This document shows positions 61,481 through 64,000 of a stretch of 64,000 nucleotides of DNA, piece by piece (within the stretch, counting starts at the first letter, position 1; each line of letters starts with the position of its first letter). The DNA comes from Acholeplasma sp. (GTDB lineage: Bacteria; Bacillota_I; Bacilli_A; Acholeplasmatales; UBA5453). The notes beneath the pieces were generated by a model. It saw only the letters and a program-made list of their open reading frames with translations, had not been told where the DNA came from and made no database searches. Both the position numbers and the translations under genes were made by a program. Location: positions 44,488 through 108,487 of the forward strand of contig JAVBWN010000016.1 of assembly GCA_036677365.1 (NCBI GenBank), in the 5' to 3' direction.

Positions 61481-62395
61481 TCAGTACTTTTTCCCTTTAT
61501 TAGATAACAACGTTTCAAAATCGAAACCATAATCTTTTAATATCAGCTTATTAAATCTCTCATATGATGCATCACTGGGCTTAACTTTGGTTGCGTGATA
61601 TAGCTTTTCTATGTATTGATGAGATTCTTCGATTTTGCCTAAGTGTTTATAAGCAAGACTTAGAAAGTAATAGGTCAAATCCAAATTGAAATAAGACTCA
61701 TTGAATTCACATGCTTTTAAAACTTCATTACAAATCTCAATCACTTTGACATCGTCTTTATTCATCCCATACATTTTTGCAACCCCAAGGCTGACACTAT
61801 TCATTTGGTAGAAGTCTTTTGAGATGAAAGTATATGCCCCAGTAGTGATGATCTGATAGAGTTTATCCATGATGGGGAATCTTTCTTCATTCGGGATGAA
61901 GTTTAAGAGTAGAGATAATCCAACCAATTCAACCCCATTCATGACATCGTGTTTTAAAATGTCTGGGTAGTGAATCAACTCAGCACAGACATTGGCTAGA
62001 TGAGCATTGGGGTATTTTTTTAAGTAATAATCCAGTTGTAGGATGTTTAATTTGAAATAAACGTCATTGTTTTGATCATACATGACCTCATTACTTAAAT
62101 CACGCATCAATGCTTCAGCTTTTTTAAAATCGTGTGCGATGATGGCTTGGCTAAAGACATCCAACCGGTTCGCTTGATCGATTCTTTTACGTTCAAGTTC
62201 ATACACCATATATAGCGGTTCTACATTCACACGGTCACACAGTTCAACAAACATCTTAAAGGGCATCTCAGATGTACCATACAAGTATCTTTTATATTGA
62301 CGTAACGAAACAACCCCTTCGATGAAATTCACCATCGAAAGGTTTTTTTTCGCTCTAAAGTCATCGAGTAAAACGCACATTTCTCTTGAAATCAT
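61481..62395 (-). CDS. Rgg/RRNPP-like regulator (XRE HTH plus helical repeat domain)
   Basis: FRAKKNLSMVNFIEGVVSLRQYKRYLYG HTH; TPR-like YYFLSLAYKHLGKIEES; ATG 62395 behind GGAGG. Confidence 0.7.
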   Translation of the reverse strand: MISREMCVLLDDFRAKKNLSMVNFIEGVVSLRQYKRYLYGTSEMPFKMFVELCDRVNVEPLYMVYELERKRIDQANRLDVFSQAIIAHDFKKAEALMRDLSNEVMYDQNNDVYFKLNILQLDYYLKKYPNAHLANVCAELIHYPDILKHDVMNGVELVGLSLLLNFIPNEERFPIMDKLYQIITTGAYTFISKDFYQMNSVSLGVAKMYGMNKDDVKVIEICNEVLKACEFNESYFNLDLTYYFLSLAYKHLGKIEESHQYIEKLYHATKVKPSDASYERFNKLILKDYGFDFETLLSNKGKKY

Positions 62396-62480
62396 GTGTT
62401 GCACCTCCGAAAGTGTCACATGTGCACTCTCGCACCCCCTACAACAAACGTTATGATTCACGTGTCGAGGGAGAATATTA

Positions 62481-62627
62481 GTGAAAAAGAAAATCATTGC
62501 TATGGTATTACTCGGGTTTATCATGGTCGGTTCACTGGTTCAATTGATCAGTAAGCCTGTCCAAGCGGATCATCCAATCGTATTAGAATTCGATGAACCA
62601 GACCCAGGTAAAAAAATCGGCGGATAA
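62481..62627 (+). CDS. 48-aa secreted peptide precursor (absent from the ORF track)
   Basis: GAGGGAG RBS, GTG start; MKKKIIAMVLLGFIMVGSLVQLISKPVQA-DHPIVLEFDEPDPGKKIGG. Confidence 0.7.
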   Translation: MKKKIIAMVLLGFIMVGSLVQLISKPVQADHPIVLEFDEPDPGKKIGG

Positions 62628-62645
62628 GAACATTTCGAGGATGGA

Positions 62646-62942
62646 GTGAATCATATGGATTGGACAAAGTATCAAATCGAATTGACAGGTATGACCAAAA
62701 CGGTTGAAAACATTACCAAGGACCCCTATATTATAGGATACATGGAAATCCTTAAAAATTCAATCCAAGACCACGAAGTGAATCTTGTACACCTAACATC
62801 TAAAAAGATGGTTGATTGGTACCAATCCCACCTAAATGACATATTAAGTGACCAATTTGTTTATGACAAAGAAAATCACAAGAAAACTTTCGCATTACTA
62901 CTAGAACTCTTAAACGAGTCTAAAAGGTTAACAGCGAATTAA
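62646..62942 (+). CDS. Hypothetical protein
   Basis: 98-aa ORF with GAGG/GGAG RBS, followed by a terminator. Confidence 0.65.
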   Translation: MNHMDWTKYQIELTGMTKTVENITKDPYIIGYMEILKNSIQDHEVNLVHLTSKKMVDWYQSHLNDILSDQFVYDKENHKKTFALLLELLNESKRLTAN

Positions 62943-62978
62943 ACATCGTAAGTAAGACCTCCCACGGTCTTATGAACT

Positions 62979-63016
62979 AGCCCCCACTGTTCCCCACAGT
63001 GAGGGCTTTTGTTTTT
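62979..63016 (+). terminator. Intrinsic terminator
   Basis: AGCCCCCACTGT...ACAGTGAGGGCT-TTTGTTTTT. Confidence 0.7.
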
Positions 63017-63262
63017 AAACAAAGGATCCAATTAATATGGTAAAATACATTTATAAAGATGAATTCACATGGCAAAAATATCATGATAGAATCGATAGTA
63101 TCACTAAAATAATTGACCAATAAAAAAGAAAAAGGCGGGGAATCCGCCTTAGTTTAGGAGCAACGCTCCCGCATTCGAATTTTGTATTATCACACATTGA
63201 GTGATTTTGCAAATGATAATATTCATTTTTGATATGTGAGATATATTGAAGCAGAGGTAAAT

Positions 63263-63709
63263 ATGACAAAGATACGTATTCTTAAAACAACAACAGTATT
63301 GGGCCTCATTCCAGCATTGTTTGGAATGTTTTATGTTATACCTCTTTGGATATTGGGGGCATTAGATGAAATTGGGTCCATTCAATTTTATCTCATGTGG
63401 ATTTTCATCAGCATGTATTTTATGATGATTCCTTATATGTATAGTCTGTATCTCACATTTAGATTGCTCATTCAAATAGAACACAAAGCATACTATTCGA
63501 TGAAGAGTCAAACATATTTGTCACACATTGGCGTATCTGGGTACATCATCGGTGCGATTTTATTTTTTGACCTTCCATTTGTGTATGGGTATGCAGATCA
63601 GGTGGATGCGCCAGGGATGATTGTGGTATTTGGTTTCTTTATGATTTTGGCTTTATCGATTGGTGTATTTTCAAATCTGTTAAAAGAACTAAATGAGGAC
63701 AAACTATGA
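63263..63709 (+). CDS. DUF2975-like membrane protein
   Basis: Four hydrophobic segments; RLLIQIE..YYS, DAPGMIV. Confidence 0.7.
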   Translation: MTKIRILKTTTVLGLIPALFGMFYVIPLWILGALDEIGSIQFYLMWIFISMYFMMIPYMYSLYLTFRLLIQIEHKAYYSMKSQTYLSHIGVSGYIIGAILFFDLPFVYGYADQVDAPGMIVVFGFFMILALSIGVFSNLLKELNEDKL

Positions 63710-63876
63710 TTACAAAAACAAAATATTTTAGGGAAAAATACATCCGAGCATGTGTTGCATTATATGGCATGGTTCATGAACAAAGGGTTCAACAATTATT
63801 TGAGATACACATGAATGAAAAACTGGATTTAACAACACAATCAAGAAGTCCCCTTCCTCTTCAGGTAGCGGGATGA
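63706..63876 (+). pseudogene. Short ORF apparently truncated by the IS end
   Basis: Coupled by ATGA overlap; runs into the hairpin at 63841 and stops. Confidence 0.45.
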
Positions 63877-64000
63877 ATTGATTCATAAAATTCTTTCATA
63901 TTTATTTCACAAAACCCATAAATAATGTTATAATATAGTTGAATAATCACTATACATAAATACTATGAAAGGGCGGATTTGGTATGAACAAAGCTTTTAA
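63841..64000 (+). mobile_element. Probable left end of an IS200/IS605 element and start of tnpB
   Basis: TCAAGAAGTCCCC...GGGATGAATTGA end-like hairpin; TTCACA-17-TATAAT; ATG 63984 reads MNKAF, like TnpB N-termini. Confidence 0.5.

Noticed and set aside
62396..62524. N-terminal extensions given by the ORF track (also 6011, 13835, 30392, 30418, 36187, 51103)
   Set aside because: Better RBS-linked starts lie downstream, and the extensions run through promoters, terminators or neighbouring genes
1..64000. CRISPR array, tRNA or rRNA genes
   Set aside because: No regularly spaced repeat-spacer array or recognisable structural RNA gene was seen by eye

Overview
Low-GC bacterial chromosome segment using TGA as stop; gene content and style suggest an Acholeplasmataceae-like organism (inference). 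Left to right: (1) end of a capD-type gene plus glmS-glmM-glmU; (2) an AT-rich block of defence-like genes (FRG domain, DUF6119-like, HNH, XRE/ImmA plus PIN); (3) two tandem paralogous tyrosine recombinases, the second catalytically degenerate; (4) a Wzx/Wzy surface-polysaccharide locus with a wHTH regulator and fnlABC; (5) a DeoR- and cre-controlled L-rhamnose utilisation locus (rhaBAD, GH65 phosphorylase, beta-PGM, ABC transporter, SGNH esterase, anchored surface protein, three paralogues of an unrecognised family); (6) GGDEF, TetR and atoDAEB; (7) a helicase, DUF2130, an Abi_2/AbiF-like HEPN gene, an Rgg-like regulator, IS3-like end remnants and the start of a probable IS200/IS605 tnpB element. 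Best candidates for new biology: a separately promoted ~65-nt RNA directly downstream of the AbiF-like toxin; an unannotated 48-aa secreted peptide divergent from the Rgg-like regulator; the three-paralogue putative glycan-cleaving family; and the active/degenerate recombinase pair with a palindromic repeat array. All calls come from reading motifs by eye; no searches were run.
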